Assembly: GCA_965220545.1 (NCBI GenBank)
Contig: CBDCQF010000009.1
Coordinates: forward strand, 148,660 to 212,659
Length of the DNA: 64,000 nt
Direction: 5' to 3'
DNA from: Dehalococcoidia bacterium
GTDB lineage: Bacteria > Chloroflexota > Dehalococcoidia > Lucifugimonadales > QGNO01
Notes under the pieces: model-generated
The model's input: only the letters and a program-made list of their open reading frames with translations
Databases searched by the model: none
Told to the model about the DNA's origin: nothing
Part shown: positions 55,242-63,561 of the stretch, piece after piece
Position numbering within the stretch: position 1 is the stretch's first letter
How the letters are laid out: each line of letters begins with the position of its first letter
Program-made: the position numbers and the translations under genes

Positions 55242-55273
55242 GTCTTTTTGTATAGACAAAAAGAGGTATTTTC

Positions 55274-55359
55274 TGGTGCCGAGGGTGGGATTCGAACCCA
55301 CACTCCCTTGCGGGAAGCGGATTTTAAGTCCGCCGCGTCTGCCATTTCGCCACCCCGGC
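55274..55359 (-). tRNA. tRNA-Leu (anticodon TAA)
   Basis: 86 nt including CCA. Acceptor GCCGGGG/CCTCGGC (one G-U pair), anticodon arm GCGGA-CTTAAAA-TCCGC, long variable arm, T loop TTCGAAT. Confidence 0.85.
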
Positions 55360-55447
55360 GCGGTGCGCGTCTAAATGTTACCTTACGGAAAACCGCCGTA
55401 CCAGCGGCCTGTCCGATGCAGGCGGGTACGGCGGTCCCATCGATTGC

Positions 55448-55524
55448 TGGAGGCGACGGGCGGATTCGAACCGCCGAATAGGGGTTTTGCAGACCCCCGC
55501 CTTAGACCACTTGGCTACGTCGCC
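55448..55524 (-). tRNA. tRNA-Cys (anticodon GCA)
   Basis: 77 nt including CCA. Acceptor GGCGACG/CGTCGCC, anticodon arm GGGGT-CTGCAAA-ACCCC, T arm GGCGG-TTCGAAT-CCGCC. Confidence 0.85.
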
Positions 55525-55534
55525 ATCCTATTTC

Positions 55535-55621
55535 TGGTGCCGAGGAGGAGATTTGAACTCCTACGCCCTCACGGGCACTGCCCCCTCAAGACAGCGTGTC
55601 TACCGATTCCACCACCTCGGC
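55535..55621 (-). tRNA. tRNA-Leu (anticodon GAG)
   Basis: 87 nt including CCA. Acceptor GCCGAGG/CCTCGGC, anticodon arm CTGTC-TTGAGGG-GGCAG, long variable arm, T loop TTCAAAT. Confidence 0.85.
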
Positions 55622-55636
55622 ACGGGTTTGTCCCTT

Positions 55637-55712
55637 TGGCAGGGGCGCGAGGATTCGAACCCCGGACCTGCGGTTTTGGAGACCGCTGCTCTACCAGCTG
55701 AGCTACACCCCT
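55637..55712 (-). tRNA. tRNA-Trp (anticodon CCA)
   Basis: 76 nt including CCA. Acceptor AGGGGTG/CGCCCCT, anticodon arm GCGGT-CTCCAAA-ACCGC, T loop TTCGAAT. Confidence 0.85.
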
Positions 55713-55801
55713 ACTACGATGCCCGGTCTATATTTCAGAGTAGCATCAGGCAGGATGGAGCGTCAATACAAACCGACCCTTTAGCGCTAGGTGAGGAGAC
55801 G

Positions 55802-56659
55802 TTATCTTTCGGCGAGCTCAGCCTGCGGCGTGGCGTGCTGCGGCGACTCCAGCTCTTCCACAACGTCGGTATAGCCCTTCTGGTCTCGCTGATACCACAG
55901 AACGAACACCACGCCCATGGTTATGAAGAAGGCCAGCGCTCCGGGAAGCTTCATGATCAGGCCTCCTATCTGCTGGTCCGATATGACATCCAAACCCCAA
56001 AGCCTGGGCACGGTGGCGTAGAACGGATACAGCACTCGCGGCGAGAAGGTGATGGCGGCGCCTATGAAGCCGGCAGGAAGCGTGAGCAGGAACAGGTACA
56101 CCATCTGCATGGGATAGCTGGATCTGGGCACCTCGGAGAGGGGACTCATCACGGGCCACCACATGATGACGGCGCTGACCATGAACATGAGGTGCTCCAG
56201 GACGTGGATGCCGTGCGACTGGAGCGTAGCGTCGTAGAACGCGGGAAGGTGCCATACGGCAAGAACAAAGCCAGATATGGCAAACGCCTGTACGGGACGG
56301 GTGAGCCAGCGCGCCGCGGACAGAACCAGGTTGTGGCGGAAAAGCGGCCTGATCAGCCAGGGCGGCGTCCCTGCCAGCAGCAACGGAGGCATGACAAGAA
56401 TGAGTATTAGGTGCTGCACCATGTGGGCGCTGAACAGGAAATTGTCGGCCAGGTGATGAATGGGAGAGGAGAGCGCCAGGTACATGGACAGCATCCCGGC
56501 CGAGAAGAAGATAACGCGCTTGGCTTCAACGGGTTGAGTGCTGCCCAATCGGCTTCGCAGTCGGGTGACGCCCAACAGATATACGCCTTGCAATAACAGG
56601 ATGCCCAGGACAATGTCGGGATGAAAATGCCACTGGAGCCAGAGGTTTGTATCTGCCAC
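55802..56659 (-). CDS. ctaG: Cytochrome c oxidase assembly factor CtaG (caa3-type, Bacillus-like)
   Basis: 285 aa polytopic membrane protein. Contains W.FHP......LLL.G.YL, F.AHM.QH..L......PLL and VLEH..F motifs of the Caa3_CtaG family. It is the last gene of the oxidase cluster. Confidence 0.75.
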   Translation of the reverse strand: MADTNLWLQWHFHPDIVLGILLLQGVYLLGVTRLRSRLGSTQPVEAKRVIFFSAGMLSMYLALSSPIHHLADNFLFSAHMVQHLILILVMPPLLLAGTPPWLIRPLFRHNLVLSAARWLTRPVQAFAISGFVLAVWHLPAFYDATLQSHGIHVLEHLMFMVSAVIMWWPVMSPLSEVPRSSYPMQMVYLFLLTLPAGFIGAAITFSPRVLYPFYATVPRLWGLDVISDQQIGGLIMKLPGALAFFITMGVVFVLWYQRDQKGYTDVVEELESPQHATPQAELAER

Positions 56660-56692
56660 TACCCTACCCGTCCGTACGCAAAGCCCGTGGGC

Positions 56693-56950
56693 TTAAGAAG
56701 ATGAGTCGTCGCGGCCGCCCTTTGCCAGAAACGCTGCGCCAGCGAGAATCGCGGCGGCGAGGAGCAGCGCTACGAGCACAGCCCACGGTTCCTTCACCAG
56801 TATACCGCCGATGGTCACTTTCTCCTGGACCTCAGCCAGGGCAAGGAGCAACTCTCCTATGCCAATGATGATGATAGCCGTGGCAATCATTACAAGCACG
56901 GGCACCCATATGGCGGACATTATGCGGTCTTGTAGTGTTTTCTTGTCCAT
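56693..56950 (-). CDS. Hypothetical 2-TM small membrane protein inside the oxidase cluster
   Basis: 85 aa. Two hydrophobic helices (IWVPVLVMIATAIIIIGIGELLLAL and WAVLVALLLAAAILAGAAFLA). Tightly spaced between subunit IV and ctaG. No family was recognised. Confidence 0.45.
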   Translation of the reverse strand: MDKKTLQDRIMSAIWVPVLVMIATAIIIIGIGELLLALAEVQEKVTIGGILVKEPWAVLVALLLAAAILAGAAFLAKGGRDDSSS

Positions 56951-56955
56951 ATTAC

Positions 56956-57261
56956 CTACGTAATCAAGAGTCCAAAGAGGGCCATCAAGGCCAGTATCAC
57001 ACCGGTGGTGAGCAACATGCCCCCCACGAAGAAGGCGGAAAAGAGCCTGCTGTCAAATTTCAAATGCATGTAGAACATGGCCACCAGCGTAAATTTGGCC
57101 GCGGAAAGCACAATGAGAGCCGATATAAGAAAAGCGGTAACAAGGTCGAGGTAAACGATGGCCACCTCTACGACGGTGACGACGAACAATATGACGGCTA
57201 TGGCTACGTACTTAGCCGGTGTGGGGTGGCCTGCCTCTCTTGTATGTGCGGTTGTGCTCAT
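56956..57261 (-). CDS. ctaF: Cytochrome c oxidase subunit IV (CtaF/CoxD-like)
   Basis: Contains ...YV.IA..L...T..EV......, KF.LV..FYMHLKFD and three TM helices. The track ORF (57414) extends into subunit III. I prefer ATG 57261 (MSTTAHTREAGHP...). Confidence 0.75.
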   Translation of the reverse strand: MSTTAHTREAGHPTPAKYVAIAVILFVVTVVEVAIVYLDLVTAFLISALIVLSAAKFTLVAMFYMHLKFDSRLFSAFFVGGMLLTTGVILALMALFGLLIT

Positions 57262-57278
57262 GTAGGACTCTTCTTCAC

Positions 57279-57893
57279 CTAAGCTGCAATATTGGGCGCC
57301 TCTACCAGGTATACCACTGTGAATATGACAATCCAGACTACGTCTACAAAGTGCCAGTACAAACCGGCAAGCTCTATGTTCAAGTGCTGCTCGGGCTTCA
57401 ACCTGCCTCTCCACGCCACAACGAAGAACGACAGGAGAATGATCACGCCAACGGTTACGTGGGCTCCGTGAAAGCCGGTGAGTACGAAGAAGGTGGTGCC
57501 AAACAGATTCTCTGTCCAGGTGAGACCGTTGTGCTCAATGAAGAAGGTGAACTCGAAGTACTGTCCACCAAGGAAGACCGCGCCAAGCAATGCCGTAGCC
57601 AGCAACCAGATCTTGAGGCCGCGCTGGTCGCCCTTCTGAATGGCGGCAAGGGCAAGCACCATGGTCAAGCTGCTCATGAGCAGTACAAAGGCGCTTACGG
57701 AGGTGTACGGTATGTTGAACACCTCGTAGGGCTGAGGGCCTTCTATACTCTTGCCCTTGTAGAGCAGATAGGTCGCAATGAGCGAGCCAAAAAACAGGGT
57801 ATCCGAACCAAGGAAGGCCCACATGACCATCTTGCGATGGTCCAGGCCTGTAGTGGTCTGGGGGTGTTCGGAGTGTGCTAGGGCCTCTGCCAA
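57279..57893 (-). CDS. ctaE: Cytochrome c oxidase subunit III
   Basis: 204 aa with five TM helices. Contains G...FL.S....F..L...Y, FT......G..W, TGFHG.HV..G and YWHFVDVVW motifs. Confidence 0.9.
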   Translation of the reverse strand: MAEALAHSEHPQTTTGLDHRKMVMWAFLGSDTLFFGSLIATYLLYKGKSIEGPQPYEVFNIPYTSVSAFVLLMSSLTMVLALAAIQKGDQRGLKIWLLATALLGAVFLGGQYFEFTFFIEHNGLTWTENLFGTTFFVLTGFHGAHVTVGVIILLSFFVVAWRGRLKPEQHLNIELAGLYWHFVDVVWIVIFTVVYLVEAPNIAA

Positions 57894-57905
57894 CTATTCA
57901 CCTCT

Positions 57906-59789
57906 TTAATGACTCTCGGAGCCGGGTTCAGGATCGGCCGGTTCAAAGGCCCAACCGTAGATGCCAAACATCATAACCAGGATGCCAACTACAATAACGA
58001 CAGGATGGATAAGTATCCCAAAGGCTGCAACTACCATGCCCAAAGCCGTTGCTAGCGGGAAGTAGGACAGACCGGGCAGGTGGATGCCATGTCCAGCATC
58101 GGAATGCCCCCCGTTTGAGGCGGCTCCGGCCGGTATGGGGACGGCCCTGCCATCCGGGCCTTCGGTATATTTCCTATCCCAGAAAGCGTCTCTGCCGTGA
58201 ACCGTGGGTATCTCGGCAAAGTTGTAGGGCGGCGGCGGTGAGGACATCGACCACTCCAGTGTTCTGCCATCCCAGGGATCGCCGGTCTCATCCTTTTTGC
58301 CTTTGCGAAGGCTTGTGAAGAAGTTCCAGACGAATATCAGCACTCCCAGCGCTATCACCCAGCTTCCCACGGTGGCGAAGAGGTTCCAGAAATCCCACCC
58401 CATGCTGGAATCGTAGGTGTTTATTCGGCGAGGCATGCCGTCCAAGCCCAGCCAGTGCATGGGGGCAAAGGTCAGGTTCATGCCTATGAAGAGCACCCAG
58501 AAGTTGAGCTTGCCCAGACCCTCATTCATGATGCGGCCCGTCACCTTGGGGAACCAGTAGTAGATGCCGGCAAACAGGCCAAAGATGGAACCGCCAAAGA
58601 GCACGTAGTGGAGATGGGCCACTATGTAGTAGGTGTCCTGCTGCTGGGCGTCGGCCGGAGGTGAGGCGTGGGTGACGCCGCTCAAACCTCCAATTATGAA
58701 GAGAACAATGAAACCTATCGCAAAGAGCATGGAAGTGGAGAGCTGTACGGAACCTCCCCACAAGGTGCCTATCCAGTTGAATATCTTCACCCCAGTGGGC
58801 ACCGCAATCAGCATGGTTGTGATTGCAAACGTGGCGTTGGCCACCGGGCCAAGTCCCACGGTAAACATGTGGTGGCTCCACACGGCCCAGCCCATGAACC
58901 CAATGAACACGCCGGACAGCACTATGAACGGGTACCCGAAGAGGGGTTTCTTGGAGAAGGTAGGCAACACCTCAGAAACGATACCCATGGCAGGAAGTAT
59001 CAGAATGTACACTTCGGGGTGGCCAAAGACCCAGAAGAGATGTTGCCAAAGGACTGGGTCGCCGCCGGCGGAGGGATTGAAGAAGTTGGTGCCAACGAAC
59101 CTGTCGAATCCCAGTTGAATAAGGGCAACGGTGATGACCGGCATGGCAGTGACCAGCAAGAAGGAGGTGACCAGCGTCATCCATGTGAATACGGGCATGC
59201 GCATGAGGGTCATGCCCGGTGCGCGCATATTTATGATGGTTACAATGAAGTTGAACGCGCCGGCCATGGAGGAGGTGCCGAGCACCAGCAGGCCAAGTAC
59301 GTAGAAGTCCATACCGCTGCCCACGTCAAAGGCCGTATCGGTCAAGGGGGCATATGCAAACCATCCCGCTCCGGGAGCAGCCCCTATAAACCAGCCGGCG
59401 TTCAGCAGTATTCCGCCGAAGAGGAATACCCAGTAGCTCAATGCGTTGAGGCGGGGAAAAGCGACGTCCCTTGCGCCTATCTGCAACGGGACAACGATGT
59501 TGAAGAAAGCGACGCTCAGCGGCATTATGGCCAAGAAGATCATGGTCAGCGCATGCATGGTAAACAGCTGGCTGAACACGTCCGGGCTGACCAGGGAGCT
59601 CTCCGAGGAGGCGAGCTGCAATCTGAGGGTCAGCGCCTCTATTCCGCCGATGAGGAAGAAGACTACGGCGGTCACGCCATAAAGGACTCCAATGCGCTTG
59701 TGGTCAACAGTTACAAGCCATCCCACCCAGCCGGTGGTTGTGGTAGGCCTTCTCAGTATCCAAGGTATATGGCTAGTGACTGCCGCCAT
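57906..59789 (-). CDS. ctaD: Cytochrome c oxidase subunit I (heme-copper oxidase catalytic subunit)
   Basis: 627 aa. Contains TVDHKRIG.LY, WFFGHPEVYILILP-like (WVFGHPEVYILILP), HHMFT and VAHLHYVL (HFHYV-type) heme/CuB ligand motifs. Confidence 0.95.
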   Translation of the reverse strand: MAAVTSHIPWILRRPTTTTGWVGWLVTVDHKRIGVLYGVTAVVFFLIGGIEALTLRLQLASSESSLVSPDVFSQLFTMHALTMIFLAIMPLSVAFFNIVVPLQIGARDVAFPRLNALSYWVFLFGGILLNAGWFIGAAPGAGWFAYAPLTDTAFDVGSGMDFYVLGLLVLGTSSMAGAFNFIVTIINMRAPGMTLMRMPVFTWMTLVTSFLLVTAMPVITVALIQLGFDRFVGTNFFNPSAGGDPVLWQHLFWVFGHPEVYILILPAMGIVSEVLPTFSKKPLFGYPFIVLSGVFIGFMGWAVWSHHMFTVGLGPVANATFAITTMLIAVPTGVKIFNWIGTLWGGSVQLSTSMLFAIGFIVLFIIGGLSGVTHASPPADAQQQDTYYIVAHLHYVLFGGSIFGLFAGIYYWFPKVTGRIMNEGLGKLNFWVLFIGMNLTFAPMHWLGLDGMPRRINTYDSSMGWDFWNLFATVGSWVIALGVLIFVWNFFTSLRKGKKDETGDPWDGRTLEWSMSSPPPPYNFAEIPTVHGRDAFWDRKYTEGPDGRAVPIPAGAASNGGHSDAGHGIHLPGLSYFPLATALGMVVAAFGILIHPVVIVVGILVMMFGIYGWAFEPADPEPGSESH

Positions 59790-59817
59790 TACCGACCTCC
59801 AAGAATCAATAACCGCT

Positions 59818-60870
59818 TCACTTTAAGCTCTGTAGGTACGCCACCAAGGCGTCCAACTCCTCTCCGGATATGTTTAGATCGGGCATCCCCACCCCGGGCT
59901 TGACATCCGCGGGATTGCTCACCCATTTTCTCAGATTCTCTTCGTTATTGTCCATTATGCCGGCACCGAGGGTACTCCTGCTGGCTACGTGGGTCAGGTT
60001 GGGGCCAACGTCACCCCTTATTGGCTGGCCCTCTACGGTATGGCAGATAGCGCAGCGCTGCCCGATAACGGCCTCCCCTTTCAGCGTGCCCTCGAACCCC
60101 TTGTTGACAAACAGGTCCGCTCCCTGAGCGGCCAGACCCGTGACCTCCCCGGGTTCGGCTCTGATTCCCTCTACCCAGGCATCGAACTCACCCTGAGGCT
60201 GCGCGAAAACACGGAATCGCATCTGAGCGTGGGCGGTGCCGCAGAACTCGGCGCACTGGCCATAGAACTCACCCGATTCGTCGGCTCTGAACCACATCGT
60301 ATTGGAGTTGTTGGGCACAATATCAACCTTGCCCGCCAGTTTGGGTATCCAGAAGCTGTGAATAACGTCCTTGGACTCCAGGATCACGTCCACGTTCTTG
60401 CCCACGGGTACGTTCAGCTCATTGGCAGTGGAAATGCCCAAGTCCGGGTAGTCGAACTCCCACCACCACTGATGCGCGGTGACAGTGACATTAAGCACTT
60501 CCCCTTCAGGGACATTGGCCGTGCTGAAGATTGTGTCGACGGTAGGCACGGCAATAATGGCGAGTACTATGGCGGGAGCAATTGTCCAAGCCACTTCCAG
60601 CCTGGTGTTGCCGTGGGTCTGCTTGGGCAGGCCGTTCGCTCCGGCGCGGCGGCGGAACCTGAAGATGGTGTAGACCAAGGCCCCCTGCACTACCACGAAG
60701 ACGAAGACGGCGGCCCAGAATATGATGTAGAAAAGGTCCAGCTGTTCTTGAGCTACGGGGCCGGCGGCTTCAAAGGTAGACTGCGGATGGGAGGGAAAGC
60801 ATCCTATGGCTATGAGCGCTAGGCCCAAAAGCAGAAGCAACACCTTCAGCTTGGTAACGTCACGCCACAT
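59818..60870 (-). CDS. ctaC: Cytochrome c oxidase subunit II with a fused C-terminal cytochrome c domain (caa3-type)
   Basis: 350 aa. Two TM helices, the CuA site DVIHSFW...CAEFCGTAHAQM, and a C-terminal heme c motif CAICH with a distal MP. Confidence 0.9.
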   Translation of the reverse strand: MWRDVTKLKVLLLLLGLALIAIGCFPSHPQSTFEAAGPVAQEQLDLFYIIFWAAVFVFVVVQGALVYTIFRFRRRAGANGLPKQTHGNTRLEVAWTIAPAIVLAIIAVPTVDTIFSTANVPEGEVLNVTVTAHQWWWEFDYPDLGISTANELNVPVGKNVDVILESKDVIHSFWIPKLAGKVDIVPNNSNTMWFRADESGEFYGQCAEFCGTAHAQMRFRVFAQPQGEFDAWVEGIRAEPGEVTGLAAQGADLFVNKGFEGTLKGEAVIGQRCAICHTVEGQPIRGDVGPNLTHVASRSTLGAGIMDNNEENLRKWVSNPADVKPGVGMPDLNISGEELDALVAYLQSLK

Positions 60871-61049
60871 GTATCTTCAGTATCCTAATATCTGACAAAA
60901 CAGTGGTCACTTTGTGAAAAATAGACCAATCACGGTGAAGAATACCAACTGCGTGAATCTGCGTCAAGGATTTCCGGCTCTTCAATAACCTGATATGAGG
61001 AGTACGCGGCCTGTGATATATTACATGGACTGATTGCGGTTACGACCTT

Positions 61050-62873
61050 TTGATGCGAATGTCCGATTCGGCTACTACCAATCTACCAAGACCTGAGCTA
61101 ACTTCGCACGAAACCGGCGGGCAATTCAAGCCAGCCAGCAACCTGCTCCTAGCTCTAATAATCGCCTCTTCCATAGCGGTCTTCTGCTTGATAACCCTGG
61201 GCGGAATCGTACGAATAACCGGTTCCGGCCTGGGATGTCCGGACTGGCCCCTATGCCATGGCAAGCTGATCCCTCCATTTGAATTTCACACGCTCATCGA
61301 ATACACGCACAGGCTGGTGGCCAGCAGCACGGGAATAATTGTCCTGGCCACTGCGGTGACGGCGGCATGGAACCAGCGGAGATTCAACCCCCTGGTGGCA
61401 ATCCTTGCCGTAACTGTATTTCTGGTGGGCGTCGCGGGCGCTCTGGGTGGAGCCACGGTGTTGACAGAGCTGCACCCCGACCTGAGAACGCTGCATCTTG
61501 CCACCGCCCAAACCATCTTCGCCTTGCTCATGGTCAGCCTGGTGTGGGGATACAGGACCCGCACCACCCCAGGACAGAGCGACGAGAAGCTGTTCTCGTG
61601 GGCATCGGCGGCGGCCATAGCCACCTTTGTAGTCATCCTGTCAGGGTCGTACATAGTGGGGCGTGGAGCCGGGTCGGTTTGTCCCAGCTGGCCGCTGTGC
61701 GACAGCGGCCTGACGCCCAACGTCGGGCTGGGTTGGCTGCACCTGTTGCACCGACTCATAGCAGGAGCAGGAGCGGTGCTGGCAGGGATAGTAGTCATCA
61801 TGGCCTGGCGCCACAGGCAAGAGCGGCCCGTCCTCTGGATGACGGGAGTCGCCGTGGGAGCCCTGGTAGTCGTACAAACGCTGGCGGGGGCGGCCAATCC
61901 CTGGACGGCGTTCTCCGCAGCGGCTCGGGCGGTGCACTTGAGCCTGGCGACGGCGCTGTTGGGAGGTCTTGTAGTCATGGCCACAATGGCCAAAGCCACG
62001 TTGTTGGATCTGGGAACAGTCAAAGACTACGTCACCCTTGCCAAGCCGAAGATAATTGTGCTGCTGTTGATAACCGCGCTTGGCGGCTTGTTTCTGGCAG
62101 CCCAGGGCGTACCGCCTCTAGGAACTACGCTGCTGGTGCTGTTCGCGGGATCTCTAGGCGCGGGCGGCGCAAACGCTATCAATCATTACCTGGACAGCGA
62201 CATAGATGCCAGGATGAACCGGACGAGGCAGCGTCCACTGCCGGGCCATAGAATCCCCGCAAAACATGCGCTGTGGATGGGAATAGGACTGAACGTGGTG
62301 GCCTTTGGCGTTCTGGCTCTGTGGGTAAACCTGCTAAGCGCGCTGCTGGTATTAGGCGCCACGCTCTTCTATGCCCTTGTCTACACAGCGTGGCTGAAGC
62401 GAACTTGGACGCAGAACATAGTGATCGGCGGCGCCGCGGGCGCTGTGCCGCCCGTAGTAGGCTGGGCTGCAATCACCGGAGGGTTGGACCTGCCAGCGCT
62501 GTACCTCTTCGCCATTATCTTCTTCTGGACGCCGCCCCATTTCTGGGCGCTTTCGCTCCTCCTAAAGAACGATTACGCCAAAGCCGGGGTCCCTATGCTA
62601 CCGGTGGTGGCCGGTGAACACGCAACCGCAAAGGCGATTCTCATGCACAGCCTGATACTGGTCGCCATTAGCTTGGTCTTCGTTACGGCACAGGCCGTGG
62701 ACCTGATTTACGCTGTAAGCGCCACCATGCTGGGAGCGATACTGCTCTTCTACGTGGCCAGACTGCTCAGAGACCAGACAAAACGTGCGGCCAGACAGTT
62801 GTACCTATACTCGCTGCTCTATTTGGCGCTTCTTTTCACGGCTGTCATGGTGGACAGCTCGGTAAATCTGTGA
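61050..62873 (+). CDS. ctaA-ctaB: Fusion protein: heme A synthase (CtaA/COX15) plus protoheme IX farnesyltransferase (CtaB/CyoE)
   Basis: 607 aa. The N-terminal ~310 aa carry GGIVRITGSGLGCPDWPLC, YTHR, a second CPSWPLC and HR/H motifs of CtaA. The C-terminal ~290 aa carry YV.LAKPKI, NH..D.DID..M.RT..RP, WT.N...GG..GA.PP..GW and the FFWTPPHFWAL motif of CtaB. Start uncertain among TTG 61050, ATG 61053 and ATG 61059. Confidence 0.85.
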   Translation: MMRMSDSATTNLPRPELTSHETGGQFKPASNLLLALIIASSIAVFCLITLGGIVRITGSGLGCPDWPLCHGKLIPPFEFHTLIEYTHRLVASSTGIIVLATAVTAAWNQRRFNPLVAILAVTVFLVGVAGALGGATVLTELHPDLRTLHLATAQTIFALLMVSLVWGYRTRTTPGQSDEKLFSWASAAAIATFVVILSGSYIVGRGAGSVCPSWPLCDSGLTPNVGLGWLHLLHRLIAGAGAVLAGIVVIMAWRHRQERPVLWMTGVAVGALVVVQTLAGAANPWTAFSAAARAVHLSLATALLGGLVVMATMAKATLLDLGTVKDYVTLAKPKIIVLLLITALGGLFLAAQGVPPLGTTLLVLFAGSLGAGGANAINHYLDSDIDARMNRTRQRPLPGHRIPAKHALWMGIGLNVVAFGVLALWVNLLSALLVLGATLFYALVYTAWLKRTWTQNIVIGGAAGAVPPVVGWAAITGGLDLPALYLFAIIFFWTPPHFWALSLLLKNDYAKAGVPMLPVVAGEHATAKAILMHSLILVAISLVFVTAQAVDLIYAVSATMLGAILLFYVARLLRDQTKRAARQLYLYSLLYLALLFTAVMVDSSVNL

Positions 62874-63559
62874 CCGCGCGCTTGCTCTTGCCCCGCGGGC
62901 TACGCGCGGTTCCCCTGTTGGTGGCTGTGTTGACCGCGGCAATGGTGGCGGGCTGTTCCCAGACGGCGCCATCCTTCATGGGCACCGAACTCACTGCCAT
63001 GGACCCTGCGCCGGAATTCACGCTGCTAGACCAGTTCGGAGAGGAAACCTCGCTGACGGACAAGCGGGGCAACGTGGTTGCGTTGACGTTTCTCTATACC
63101 AACTGCCCGGATATCTGTCCCCTCACGGCGCACTCGCTCGCCAAAGCCCACGAAGCCCTGGGCGAAGACACAGCCAGTGTCTCCATAATAGCCATTTCCG
63201 TAGACCCCGCCAGGGACACACCGCAGCAAGTCCGTGCCTACTCAGAACAACGAAACATGCTGGACAAGTGGTCTTTCCTGACCGGATCTGAAGAGGAGCT
63301 ATCGGCTCTGTGGGAAGCGTACTACGTGGCGGTGGAGCGAACCGGCGACTCAGGCGGCGCAATAGAGAGCTTGGGAACCGACCTGGCAAGAGCTTCTCTT
63401 GCCAGCAGCGAAGGGCTTTCCGAACAGGCGGCTTACCTGGTTACACACTCGGCGCCGGTCTACCTCATAGACCAAGACGGAACGATGCGCTCCGTGATTA
63501 CCGACCTAACCCTTGACCCCGAACCCCTAATCCACGATATCCGGCTGCTCTTGAAGTAA
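62870..63559 (+). CDS. sco: SCO1/SenC-family copper chaperone (lipoprotein)
   Basis: 229 aa. The GTG start overlaps the ctaAB stop (GTGA). Signal peptide with lipobox (MVAGC), thioredoxin-like FLYTNCPDICP (CxxxC) and a downstream H.......D motif. Confidence 0.8.
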   Translation: MTARLLLPRGLRAVPLLVAVLTAAMVAGCSQTAPSFMGTELTAMDPAPEFTLLDQFGEETSLTDKRGNVVALTFLYTNCPDICPLTAHSLAKAHEALGEDTASVSIIAISVDPARDTPQQVRAYSEQRNMLDKWSFLTGSEEELSALWEAYYVAVERTGDSGGAIESLGTDLARASLASSEGLSEQAAYLVTHSAPVYLIDQDGTMRSVITDLTLDPEPLIHDIRLLLK

Positions 63560-63561
63560 GA

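Noticed and set aside
60871-61049. Short palindromes and direct repeats in the ctaC / ctaAB divergent region (TCACTTTGTGA, TCACGGTGA, CTGCGT-N4-CTGCGT) as a possible Rex/CRP-FNR-type site
   Set aside because: The half-site orientation and spacing do not fit Rex (TTGTGAA-N4-6-TTCACAA) or CRP/FNR consensus sequences. The matches are too short to distinguish from chance.
55487-62251. Several long ORFs antisense to or out of frame with the oxidase cluster genes (55487-56410, 57219-57881, 58668-59903, 59989-60822, 61286-62023, 61367-62251)
   Set aside because: Each overlaps a gene with diagnostic heme-copper oxidase, CtaG, CtaA or CtaB motifs. The alternative-frame products are Arg/Gly/His-rich with no family resemblance.
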